From Nanobdellota archaeon (GTDB taxonomy: Archaea; Nanobdellota; Nanobdellia; Woesearchaeales; GW2011-AR9): DNA of 53,135 nt. The position numbers and the translations under genes are program-made. The notes beneath the pieces were generated by a model, which was not told the origin of the DNA, ran no database searches, and worked only from the letters and a program-made list of their open reading frames with translations. This document shows positions 9,681-17,833 of the stretch, piece after piece. Each line of letters begins with the position of its first letter. The first letter of the stretch is position 1. The stretch lies in assembly GCA_018824365.1 (NCBI GenBank), contig JAHJGQ010000029.1, positions 1-53,135 of the forward strand, given 5' to 3'.

Positions 9681-10676
9681 ATGAAAAAGATAATAATATA
9701 CATAGTAACATTCGTATTATTAACTTCCTTAGTCCTTGCTGTAGGCATTACCACAGATAAAGATGAATATAGCAGCAATGAAACAGTAAATATTTCTATA
9801 ACTGATTGTACAAAAACTTCAATAGTTCAAATATTTAATCCCAGCAATGCTTTAACTGACATTAAAGGCGGCAGTGATGATTGGAATACCAGTTACAATA
9901 CCTTATCAAATTCAGCTAAAGGAAAATATAAAATTTTAGCCAGTTGTACTAACGGACAAACAGAAAAATTCTTCTGTGTAAACTCTTCTGGCTGTTTAAC
10001 AACACCACCAACAACCACAACTGGCGGTGGCGGTGGAGGCGGAGGACATTGTACTTCTGATTGGGGCTGTACATATTGGTCATACTGCAACTCCAGTTTA
10101 AAACAAGCAAGAACCTGCGTAGATAAAAATAATTGTCAATCTCAAAAAGAAGAGATTCAAGATTGTGAACAATGCCAAGAATCATGGGTCTGCTCACTTT
10201 GGTCAGAATGTTACTTAGGCACAAATACCAGGACTTGTGTTGACGAACATTATTGTAAGACTTCTTTACTAAAACCATCTTTACAAAAATCATGTCAAAT
10301 AGAAATTCCTTCCGGCCCTCCACCAGTACAAGTTTCAGCCCAATTACCACCACCTTCTTATGCTGAAATGCCTTTACCACCGGTACCACAACAGCCAGCA
10401 AAATCTACCTTTCAAAAATTATGGGAAAACTATAACATTTACGCAATCGCAGGAATGTCCGGATTGATATTGATAATCATAACAATAATCATAGTTGTCC
10501 ATTTTATTCAAGCAAATAAACCAGCATCAAACCTTGACGAACTTAAAGAATGGATCAAGAAAGAAAAAGAGATGGGCACTTCTGAAGAAGAGATGAGGAA
10601 AACTCTTTCTCAAACTGCCTGGAAAAAGGAAGAGATTGATCAAGAAATAAACGAATTGCAGCAAAAAAAACCCTGA
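9681..10676 (+). CDS. Membrane-anchored surface protein with W/C-rich repeat modules
   Basis: 331 aa. Signal peptide, T4G8 linker, two modules of the form C..W.C..WS.C...R.C.D...C, a Pro-rich stretch, a C-terminal TM (IAGMSGLILIIITIIIVVHFI) and a charged tail. Confidence 0.7.
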   Translation: MKKIIIYIVTFVLLTSLVLAVGITTDKDEYSSNETVNISITDCTKTSIVQIFNPSNALTDIKGGSDDWNTSYNTLSNSAKGKYKILASCTNGQTEKFFCVNSSGCLTTPPTTTTGGGGGGGGHCTSDWGCTYWSYCNSSLKQARTCVDKNNCQSQKEEIQDCEQCQESWVCSLWSECYLGTNTRTCVDEHYCKTSLLKPSLQKSCQIEIPSGPPPVQVSAQLPPPSYAEMPLPPVPQQPAKSTFQKLWENYNIYAIAGMSGLILIIITIIIVVHFIQANKPASNLDELKEWIKKEKEMGTSEEEMRKTLSQTAWKKEEIDQEINELQQKKP

Positions 10677-10743
10677 ACACTAAAGAAATCCAAACAGAAT
10701 ATTTTTAAACAACACTTCTTTAATCTTTAAGAGAGGTAATTAG

Positions 10744-12921
10744 ATGGAGAAAGACGAATACCAGAATCTATTAGAAAAATATAAAGAAAGAGTTAAAGAA
10801 GAATTTGGTGAAGAGTCTGTAAAACCGTCAAAAATAACTTCAAAAGAATATACTGAGTTTAAGAGTGAACTATACCCTACACATTATTCTATCTATGAAA
10901 AAGCATGTAATTTCTCAGATAAAGTCTTTAAGCTTACAGTAGATGAAAAAAAATCTACTGCTATCCAGAAGAACTTAGATGTATGCCATCTTAATGTAAA
11001 ACCATCTGGTGTAATCGCTTTGTCTTTTCTTCTTCCAATAATTATTATAGTTTTGGGATCTTTAATCTTTTTTACCATTTTTCAAATGATGTTCTTTGTA
11101 GCTTTCTTTCTTTTTGCCGGAATGCTGATGATTCCAGCATTACAAAAGATACCAGATTTCATGGCCAATACTTGGAGGATGAAAGCTTCAAACCAGATGG
11201 TGCAAAGTATTTTTTATCTGGTTACTTATATGAGACACACTTCTAATTTAGAACGTGCGATTGGTTTTGCTGCAGATCATCTAGAACCGCCTTTATCTTT
11301 AGATTTAAGAAAAATTCTTTGGGATGTAGAAACAGAAAAGTATAGTACTATCAGGGGATCTGCTGAAGCGTACTTGGGTGTTTGGAAAGAATGGGACAAA
11401 GAATTTGTAGAATCATTCCATTTGATTGAATCTTCTTTGTTTGAATCTACAGAAGAGAGGAGATTAGCATTATTAGATAAATCATTAGACGTCATTCTTA
11501 ATGGAACATATGAAAACATGCTTCATTATGCACATTCACTTAAATCTCCAATGACCATGTTACACATGTTAGGAGTAATCTTACCAATTTTAGGTTTAGT
11601 GATTTTACCTCTTGTGGTTAGCTTCATGGGTTCCGGTTCAAACCCTTTTGTCACTGCAATCTATATTTCAGTGCTTTATAATATAAGTTTACCTATTTCG
11701 GTCTATTATTTAGGTAGGGTAATCTTATCCAAAAGACCGGCAGGTTATGGTGCTGTTGATATTGGAGAAAAACCGGGAATCAAGAAATTCAGGAACGTAA
11801 ATATTTCTCTTGGAAAAAAACTTACCATCAGTGTAAATCCTTTATATTTTAGTATTATGGTTTTTGTTGTTGCTATGTTGATTGGCTTTAGTCCTTTAGT
11901 CATGCATGCTTTAGATGTTCCTGATTTCAGTTTTGATGAGAAAGGAAACTTAAAGATGTTAGATTATGTTTGTCCTCCAGAAAGCGGGATAGATTGTGAG
12001 GATACTGAAAAAGTTGGTCCTTATGGTATAGGTGCTTCTATCCTTTCTTTACTTGTCATTGCCGGTCTTGGTGTTTCGATAGGTATGTTTTTTTCATTAC
12101 GTTCTAAGAATGTGATCAAGATTAGAGAAAGGACAAAAGAGCTGGAAGATGAATTTTCCTCAGCATTGTTTCAATTAGGAAACAGATTAGGGGACGGTAT
12201 TCCGGCCGAGATTGCCTTTGCTAAAGTTGCTACAACAATGCAGGGATCTACTTCAGGAGATTTCTTTAATTTAGCAGAGAAAAACATCACTAAATTAGGC
12301 ATGGGTTTGGAGCAGTCATTATTTGATCCAAAAGTTGGTGCAATTGTAAGCTTTCCTTCTGAAGTTATAAAATCTTCAATGAAAGTTCTTGTAGAAAGTA
12401 TAAAGAAAGGTCCAAGAATCGCAGCTCAATCGTTGCTTTCAATGTCGCGTTATATCAAAGAGATTCATCGTGTAGAAGAAAGATTGAAAGATCTCATGTC
12501 CGATATTATCTCTTCCATGAAAGCACAGGTTAAGTTCCTTACCCCTGCTATTGCAGGAATAGTTATTGGAATAACTTCGATGATTTCAACAATCCTGACA
12601 AAATTAAGTGCACAATTGGGTGGTTTTGCTGCTGGTCAACAAGCAGGCGGTGGCGGCTTTGAAGACATGCTTAGTATTTTTGGTATTGGCATTCCCACTT
12701 TCCATTTTCAGATAGTTGTAGGGATTTATATCGTTCAGATAGCTTATATACTTACTATTCTAAGCAGCGGGATTGAGAATGGTGCAGATAAATTAGGGGC
12801 GCGCTATGAATTAGGAAAAAATTTAATCTACAGTACATTATTATACTGTTTCATTGCTGGTGTTGTAATGTTATTATTTAACTTATTTGCAGGAACAATC
12901 ATGCAAAATACTTTGGGGTAA
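10744..12921 (+). CDS. Polytopic membrane protein, FlaJ/TadC/PilC-like (T2SSF-type) filament assembly platform
   Basis: 725 aa with multiple TM segments separated by two soluble helical regions. The second reads like a T2SSF domain (GDGIPAEIAFAKVA...GMGLEQSLFD...SFPSEVIKSSMKVLVESIKKG). GAGGT SD-like motif upstream. On the same strand as the FlaI-like ATPase. Confidence 0.6.
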   Translation: MEKDEYQNLLEKYKERVKEEFGEESVKPSKITSKEYTEFKSELYPTHYSIYEKACNFSDKVFKLTVDEKKSTAIQKNLDVCHLNVKPSGVIALSFLLPIIIIVLGSLIFFTIFQMMFFVAFFLFAGMLMIPALQKIPDFMANTWRMKASNQMVQSIFYLVTYMRHTSNLERAIGFAADHLEPPLSLDLRKILWDVETEKYSTIRGSAEAYLGVWKEWDKEFVESFHLIESSLFESTEERRLALLDKSLDVILNGTYENMLHYAHSLKSPMTMLHMLGVILPILGLVILPLVVSFMGSGSNPFVTAIYISVLYNISLPISVYYLGRVILSKRPAGYGAVDIGEKPGIKKFRNVNISLGKKLTISVNPLYFSIMVFVVAMLIGFSPLVMHALDVPDFSFDEKGNLKMLDYVCPPESGIDCEDTEKVGPYGIGASILSLLVIAGLGVSIGMFFSLRSKNVIKIRERTKELEDEFSSALFQLGNRLGDGIPAEIAFAKVATTMQGSTSGDFFNLAEKNITKLGMGLEQSLFDPKVGAIVSFPSEVIKSSMKVLVESIKKGPRIAAQSLLSMSRYIKEIHRVEERLKDLMSDIISSMKAQVKFLTPAIAGIVIGITSMISTILTKLSAQLGGFAAGQQAGGGGFEDMLSIFGIGIPTFHFQIVVGIYIVQIAYILTILSSGIENGADKLGARYELGKNLIYSTLLYCFIAGVVMLLFNLFAGTIMQNTLG

Positions 12922-12937
12922 GTTTAGGTAAAAAGTT

Positions 12938-13612
12938 TTATCCGTCAATTCCAACATAACTTAAATCACGGAATAAGTTTTTCTGTAAATTTTTATATCT
13001 TTCATCTATTGGTGGCTTTTCGTCAACTAAAGAAACTTTTTTCCAAGTTATCGGTGAAAATGGTAATGCATTGCCAATGTTTTTTATGTGTATAGCGTTA
13101 ACGGTTGTTCCTGCAGAAGAACATATGTAACTTCTATGCATACCATCAAGAAGAACTCCCCCTCCGTTATGATGTTCGATTATTGGGGGAATATAAAAAG
13201 CCATTACAGGATTATCTTGAGTATCTCTTCCATAAATTTGTGCTGGAGGCATTTTAGAAATGCCTTTTGTAGCATAAGCTTCAAATGCAGCGGTCATATT
13301 TTTCATAATGCTCAATACTTTAGAAGATTGTACAAAGGTCTGACCTACATCTATACCTTTTGGTTCAACCCCATAGATTTGAATTTGAGAATTAGAGTAA
13401 GGAAAGATAAGTTCTTCCTCCCTTCGTAAGGGAATAGATTTAATTAAAGCTTCAAGTATTTCTGTGCGAACAAAAGCCATATGTTCTATTATTCTTATAT
13501 CTCTTAAAGGGATTACAGTTTTGAAATGAGATATATCTTCTTTTAGGTTAATTTTTAACCTATCTTCAAGATCTTCCCTCTCTATACGAAATTTTTGATT
13601 CATTTGAGTCAT
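12938..13612 (-). CDS. Hypothetical protein with a ParB/sulfiredoxin-like DGxHR motif
   Basis: 224 aa. GGGVLLDGMHRSYI resembles the ParB-like nuclease/Srx fold signature. Starts 1 nt after the HAD phosphatase gene. Confidence 0.35.
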   Translation of the reverse strand: MTQMNQKFRIEREDLEDRLKINLKEDISHFKTVIPLRDIRIIEHMAFVRTEILEALIKSIPLRREEELIFPYSNSQIQIYGVEPKGIDVGQTFVQSSKVLSIMKNMTAAFEAYATKGISKMPPAQIYGRDTQDNPVMAFYIPPIIEHHNGGGVLLDGMHRSYICSSAGTTVNAIHIKNIGNALPFSPITWKKVSLVDEKPPIDERYKNLQKNLFRDLSYVGIDG

Positions 13613-13613
13613 C

Positions 13614-14135
13614 TTATACTATTTTTCTTATTTCATTAATATTTTTTATTGTATAATCAGGAGAAATTTTACTGAAATAATCTTTACCGCAACCAGTCTT
13701 GACCAATATAGTTTTTATTTTACTGTTTTTTCCAGTAAGAATATCATCTTCCATGTCGCCAACAAAAAAAGATTCCTGTAAATTAAGGGAATGTTCTTTA
13801 ACAGCCTGCATGACAAGTCCAGTTTTAGGTTTTCTACAATTACAATTATCAGAAGATTTATGCGGGCAAAAGTAATAACCATCAATCTTAATACCTAAAA
13901 TATTTAACTTCTTGAGAAGTTTTTCGAATATTTCGGTAACTTGGTTATAAGTCATCCTTCCTTTGGCAATCCATGATTGATTGGAAATAATTAAAAGTTT
14001 ATATCCTTTCTCTTTCAGATAAAATAAGCCTTCTATTACATCACTCGTTAATAAGTTGTCAGAGGGAATTTCATAGGGATATTTAGAATTATCTACAAGT
14101 GTCCCGTCCTTATCTATAAAGAAGGCTTTGTTCAT
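13614..14135 (-). CDS. HAD-IIIA phosphatase, GmhB / histidinol-phosphatase-like
   Basis: 173 aa. Motif I FIDKDGTLV, Zn-finger-like insert CPHKSSDNCNCRKPKTG, motif IV FFVGDMEDDI. Confidence 0.8.
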   Translation of the reverse strand: MNKAFFIDKDGTLVDNSKYPYEIPSDNLLTSDVIEGLFYLKEKGYKLLIISNQSWIAKGRMTYNQVTEIFEKLLKKLNILGIKIDGYYFCPHKSSDNCNCRKPKTGLVMQAVKEHSLNLQESFFVGDMEDDILTGKNSKIKTILVKTGCGKDYFSKISPDYTIKNINEIRKIV

Positions 14136-14256
14136 CTGTTACCTTTAGAAGTAGTTGAAGATATTTACTATAAATAATTTTTTGTGATGTAAAAGATAGG
14201 AAGAAATGGTTTATACCAAAAACAATATAAATAACAGTTGAATTTGATGTTTTATT

Positions 14257-14375
14257 GGGAACGTAGCTCAACCTGGATTGTCTTTTCCTGAGGCAAGGGG
14301 AAGAGAGCACTAGTCGCTTAATGGCGAGTGATACTGAAGATCTAGGTGTCGGGGGTTCAAATCCCCCCGTTCCCA
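14257..14375 (+). tRNA. tRNA-Phe(GAA): tRNA-Phe(GAA) with two non-canonical introns
   Basis: Manual cloverleaf. Acceptor GGGAACG/CGTTCCC, D stem GCTC/GAGC, anticodon arm CTAGA-CTGAAGA-TCTAG, T arm GGGGG-TTCAAAT-CCCCC, discriminator A. Requires excision of about 25-27 nt from the D loop (within 14270-14304) and 19 nt (14314-14332) from the 5' strand of the anticodon stem. TATA-like AATATAAATA about 27 nt upstream. CCA not encoded. Confidence 0.85.
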
Positions 14376-14410
14376 CTCTTTTAATATATGATTTAATCTT
14401 TCTATAATCT

Positions 14411-14506
14411 TTATACTAAAAAATTTCAACAGGAATTTTTTGGTGGGGTTTAATTCCCCAATCTTTAGGTTGAAATTTTTGGTACATAAAAATACTTTGT
14501 ATTTTT
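14411..14506. repeat. 96-nt conserved intergenic element, copy A
   Basis: Aligns without gaps to 22969..23064 with 7 mismatches by manual count. Contains inverted repeat AAAAATTTCAAC / GTTGAAATTTTT and internal direct repeat AATTTTTGGT. Confidence 0.85.
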
Positions 14507-14556
14507 CATGATTTACAAAGAAGAATCATCTGAAATAAAAAAAATAAAAATAATAA

Positions 14557-14691
14557 TTAATACCCTCGGCATTTAGAACAATAGTAGCGGTTTGCATTCT
14601 CGACAACAATCCTATCACCGCAACCCTTACAACACCTTTGGATTTTGAACTTTTTCACTTCCTGAAAGATGTGTTGCTTCAGTTTTATCAC
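14557..14691 (-). CDS. Possible 44-aa zinc-ribbon protein
   Basis: GTG-start ORF below the 60-aa track cutoff: VIKLKQHIFQEVKKFKIQRCCKGCGDRIVVENANRYYCSKCRGY, with CxxC...CxxC. GAAGG-like motif just upstream. Confidence 0.3.
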   Translation of the reverse strand: MIKLKQHIFQEVKKFKIQRCCKGCGDRIVVENANRYYCSKCRGY

Positions 14692-14839
14692 CTTCTTTTT
14701 TTAAGAAGATCAGAGAATTAAACCATCTCTTACCTCCTTTTTTGTACTAGAAAAACACCTCTGATTTAAAAAGAAAGTATAACTTATATATAAATGTTTG
14801 CTTGTTTCTCGAGATAAAAGAAAGTGTGATGTATTGATT

Positions 14840-15460
14840 TCAATAAAAAAACAGAAAATAAACTCCAAAAATAACCATCCCTGACCAAACATACCTATTC
14901 CAACTTAAAATTTTTTTACCATCAAAATTACCGAAAGGGATAAGATTAAATAACCCTAACCACATGTTGATAAAAAATCCAATGGAAGAAATAAAATTCA
15001 TAGCAGGATATAAAAATTGCATCCCCAGAAAAATCAAAGCAAGAGTATAATTAACCATTGGACCTGCTAAACTGATAATTCCATTTTCTTTTCTTGTAAT
15101 CATTCCGGAAATCATCACAGCTCCCGGCGCTGCAAAAATAAATCCTATCACTACAGCTAATCCTACTGCTAAATATAACATCTGGTCAAAAGCCCTAAAT
15201 TCAGCAACACAACCATATTTCTGAGCCACAAACTTGTGTCCTAATTCATGGAGAAGAAACCCCAGTCCTGCTGTGAATAAAGATATGACAAATATTTTTC
15301 CAAATTGTAATGAAAGTATTCCTAAAATATTTCCTTCTATGAGGCTGAACCCACCGAGGACAAAAGCAAAAGCAATAGAAATAGCAATCCATGCTTTAGC
15401 TATATCAATCAACTCTATTTTAGAAGTCTTTATTTTACCTATCTTAATTGTCTTGTGCAT
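14840..15460 (-). CDS. Site-2 protease family (M50) membrane metalloprotease
   Basis: 206 aa, polytopic, with HELGH (HExxH) inside a TM segment and a downstream NLIPFGNFDG motif. Confidence 0.85.
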   Translation of the reverse strand: MHKTIKIGKIKTSKIELIDIAKAWIAISIAFAFVLGGFSLIEGNILGILSLQFGKIFVISLFTAGLGFLLHELGHKFVAQKYGCVAEFRAFDQMLYLAVGLAVVIGFIFAAPGAVMISGMITRKENGIISLAGPMVNYTLALIFLGMQFLYPAMNFISSIGFFINMWLGLFNLIPFGNFDGKKILSWNRYVWSGMVIFGVYFLFFY

Positions 15461-15683
15461 TTAATATTTCTTCCTTGTCTTGTTTTTCTTCTTCCTCTCC
15501 TTTACCCATATGCTGCATCTTTTTCTTAAGGAATTCTTTTAATTGTTTTGCAACTTCTTCTACTTTTACTAAAAGATCAATATCAGCAAAATTCTCTTTA
15601 GCACACTCTTCACAATAATAATCAGAAGTATCTTTAATTTTATATTTTGCTTCTTCTTCACAAACAATACATTTCTTAACCAT
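15444..15683 (-). CDS. Small zinc-ribbon protein with an acidic/charged tail
   Basis: 79 aa. CIVCEEEA...YYCEECA (CxxC x18 CxxC). Overlaps the M50 gene start by 17 nt. Confidence 0.5.
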   Translation of the reverse strand: MVKKCIVCEEEAKYKIKDTSDYYCEECAKENFADIDLLVKVEEVAKQLKEFLKKKMQHMGKGEEEEKQDKEEILNAQDN

Positions 15684-15754
15684 CTTTTGTTTTTGAATAA
15701 GAAAAGCTTTAAAAACTTTTTCTTAAATTTTCAGGACAATAATCATTTATTTAT

Positions 15755-16447
15755 TCATTTATCCGCAAGAAGATAATTCTTAATCTCTTCAATTTCATGT
15801 TGGGTGACAGCACAACCATTATATTTGGTCGTCCAAAGAACTGAATCTATAAGTATTTCTCTGCCCCCTTTCAATTTAGGGATATACTGATCTAACAAAC
15901 CCATCTTATAAGCTGTGCTTACTAATTCAATCGATCTAAGAATTTTTGTTCCCTTCAATTGTTGGCTGAACTTATCCATTCTTTCTCTGTCAGCAACCAC
16001 ATCTTTTTTGAAACGTATCTCTAATAGTTTTTCCATTTCTTTGTTATTCTCAATAAACAAGCGAAGAGTTCTTTCATCCATGATTATTGCATCAGCATTT
16101 GTTTCTAAGGCACAGGCAACTATCTCCATTTCTCCTGACTGAATGATATCAAGATTTTTACTTTTTATTTTGAATGAACTATTTGCTAAATTAATCAATT
16201 CGTTTACTTTTTTTTGTGGAACTTTATCATAAACTTCTAGAACACCATCTTCTATAAGTTTTAAAGATTGCAATGCTTCAAATTCAAAACGTTTAATTGT
16301 CATAGGACGTTCAATCAACTCGCGCTTTACAGCAGGAGTTATGTAGAATTTTCCACCATATTTTTCTTTTAATTTTGGCAGTATCCAGATTAATCTTGAC
16401 ATCACTAAAGTGATGATGGGGCCAGTATCAAAAAAGAGTATTTTCAT
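15755..16447 (-). CDS. PIN-like domain protein
   Basis: Start taken at the internal ATG (MKILFFDTGPII), which has an AGAGG motif upstream. Acidic residues are placed as in PIN nucleases (FFDTG, GEMEIV, IMDERT). Confidence 0.45.
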   Translation of the reverse strand: MKILFFDTGPIITLVMSRLIWILPKLKEKYGGKFYITPAVKRELIERPMTIKRFEFEALQSLKLIEDGVLEVYDKVPQKKVNELINLANSSFKIKSKNLDIIQSGEMEIVACALETNADAIIMDERTLRLFIENNKEMEKLLEIRFKKDVVADRERMDKFSQQLKGTKILRSIELVSTAYKMGLLDQYIPKLKGGREILIDSVLWTTKYNGCAVTQHEIEEIKNYLLADK

Positions 16448-16517
16448 ATTTTCATGCCTCTTTTTTGGACTTGCTTTCTGCAAATATCAAAAAATAATAT
16501 TTTTTCTGCCACTTTTA

Positions 16518-17072
16518 TTACACACCAAAAATTTTCATTGCATTGATCACTCTTCTTTTTGCAGGAATACTTTCATGATGCTGCTCAAAATAAGTGGTTT
16601 TACCAGCATAGGGTTGTAAATCCCAATTGGAAAGACCCATAAGTCCTGCTGCCTGCCCGATGGATAAGCCTTTTTGCAAAAGAGAAGAACTTTTCTTTAT
16701 TCTTGCAGCCTGCATGACATCTTGCAGATGTTGTTTGATTTTAGCATCGCTTTTTCTAATAAGGTTATATAAATTCTTAATACTTTGATTATAACGTCCT
16801 AATTGATTTTCTTCCAAATGTTTTTTTGTAAATTTCAATTCTGCTACTATGTTCTTATAATCTTCTTCAGACAAATTGTGGACTATTTTGTAGATAGAAT
16901 AAATAAGCACTGTAATGGTAATTAAATCAGTATCTTTATGTAAAGCTACATCATCAATGGCATGTTCGCTTAATTTTTCCAGTTCATTCAAGTCTTTTTC
17001 TTCCTTGACTTCTAGAATATCAATCGCCTGGCTAATATCATAAAGAATTTCTTTCCTAATCACATCTATCAT
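16518..17072 (-). CDS. Hypothetical protein with a C-terminal HTH-like segment
   Basis: 184 aa, helical. KGLSIGQAAGLMGLSNWDL resembles an HTH. Confidence 0.4.
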   Translation of the reverse strand: MIDVIRKEILYDISQAIDILEVKEEKDLNELEKLSEHAIDDVALHKDTDLITITVLIYSIYKIVHNLSEEDYKNIVAELKFTKKHLEENQLGRYNQSIKNLYNLIRKSDAKIKQHLQDVMQAARIKKSSSLLQKGLSIGQAAGLMGLSNWDLQPYAGKTTYFEQHHESIPAKRRVINAMKIFGV

Positions 17073-17161
17073 AAGTTTAGGGAAATAGTTTAGTTTTATT
17101 AATGTTTTGGGCAGAAGAGAGTTAATTATTTAAATAAAATTGTAATTCAAAGAAATAAGAT

Positions 17162-17239
17162 GGGCCGATGGTTCAGATGGCAAATGGAAATCCATTTGAG
17201 AGATTATGTGACATTCGTTCGTAAACTCACTCAGTCCCA
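17162..17239 (+). pseudogene. tRNA-like element (acceptor-stem mimic of the adjacent tRNA-Ala); no foldable cloverleaf
   Basis: The first 15 nt GGGCCGATGGTTCAG are identical to the tRNA-Ala 5' end. The 3' end TCAGTCC pairs with the 5' end except for one C:A mismatch and keeps G3:T. The interior is a 7-bp hairpin CAAATGG-AAAT-CCATTTG plus a weak GTGA/TCAC stem. TATA-like TATTTAAATAAA lies about 25-30 nt upstream. Confidence 0.5.
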
Positions 17240-17249
17240 TTAAAATTAT

Positions 17250-17372
17250 GGGCCGATGGTTCAGTGGTACGCTTTAATAAGCGGCACTAAAGAATACTCG
17301 GTTGGCAATCGAGTGGTCCCGGGTTCAATTTAGAAGATAAGTAAATCTTCAATGAAAATCCCGGTCGGTCCA
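17250..17372 (+). tRNA. tRNA-Ala(GGC): tRNA-Ala(GGC) with D-loop and T-loop introns
   Basis: Acceptor GGGCCGA/TCGGTCC with the G3:U70 alanine identity pair. D stem GTTC/GAAT, anticodon arm CTCGG-TTGGCAA-TCGAG, T stem CCGGG/CCCGG. About 21 extra nt in the D loop (17263-17291) and about 29 extra nt in the T loop (17324-17359, hairpin GAAGAT/ATCTTC). Confidence 0.85.
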
Positions 17373-17400
17373 TATTTTATAAACATACAATAGAAATAAA

Positions 17401-17790
17401 TTAATACCAACTTGTTACTGTGACTTTAGTGTATTCATAGGGTATAACAACGGGTGTACTTTGTTCCCATAATTCTCTTATTTTTTCTTCATCTATTTTT
17501 CTTTGTAGGCAGATAGTTCCAATAGATTTCTCTTGAAAATGAACTATAATTGGTTCATTACTTTCACTTTCAATACATTTGGAATTATAAGTAGTAGGAG
17601 ATGTTGATATATCATATAAAGTTGTCCCTGGGAGTCTTTCTTGGACATACGGTAAGATTTTTTCTATTCTTTTATTTTCGTTATGTTCAATCACAGATTT
17701 TCCGTCATCATATAGCGATAATGGAAGAGAGAACAGAGCTATTGTACATGTAGCCAATCCTGAAATAGCTATAACTTTTTTATTAACCAT
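17401..17790 (-). CDS. Small secreted/membrane-anchored hypothetical protein
   Basis: Start taken at the internal ATG (MVNKKVIAISGLATCTIALFSLPL = signal peptide). The longer ORF-track version runs into the 17834..17980 hairpin element. Confidence 0.55.
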   Translation of the reverse strand: MVNKKVIAISGLATCTIALFSLPLSLYDDGKSVIEHNENKRIEKILPYVQERLPGTTLYDISTSPTTYNSKCIESESNEPIIVHFQEKSIGTICLQRKIDEEKIRELWEQSTPVVIPYEYTKVTVTSWY

Positions 17791-17833
17791 AATAATTATT
17801 TCTAAACTTTCTTTAAATATTTTGTTAAAGAAA

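Noticed and set aside
10018-10045. GGN-rich tract considered as a microsatellite or repeat array
   Set aside because: It uses mixed GGC/GGT/GGA codons encoding a poly-Gly linker, so it is neither a perfect repeat unit nor a homopolymer.
14110-14376. 88-aa track ORF (MGTGGFEPPTPRSS...)
   Set aside because: It is the antisense translation of the tRNA-Phe gene, as the GFEPPT signature of a T arm shows, and it also overlaps the HAD gene start. Artefact.
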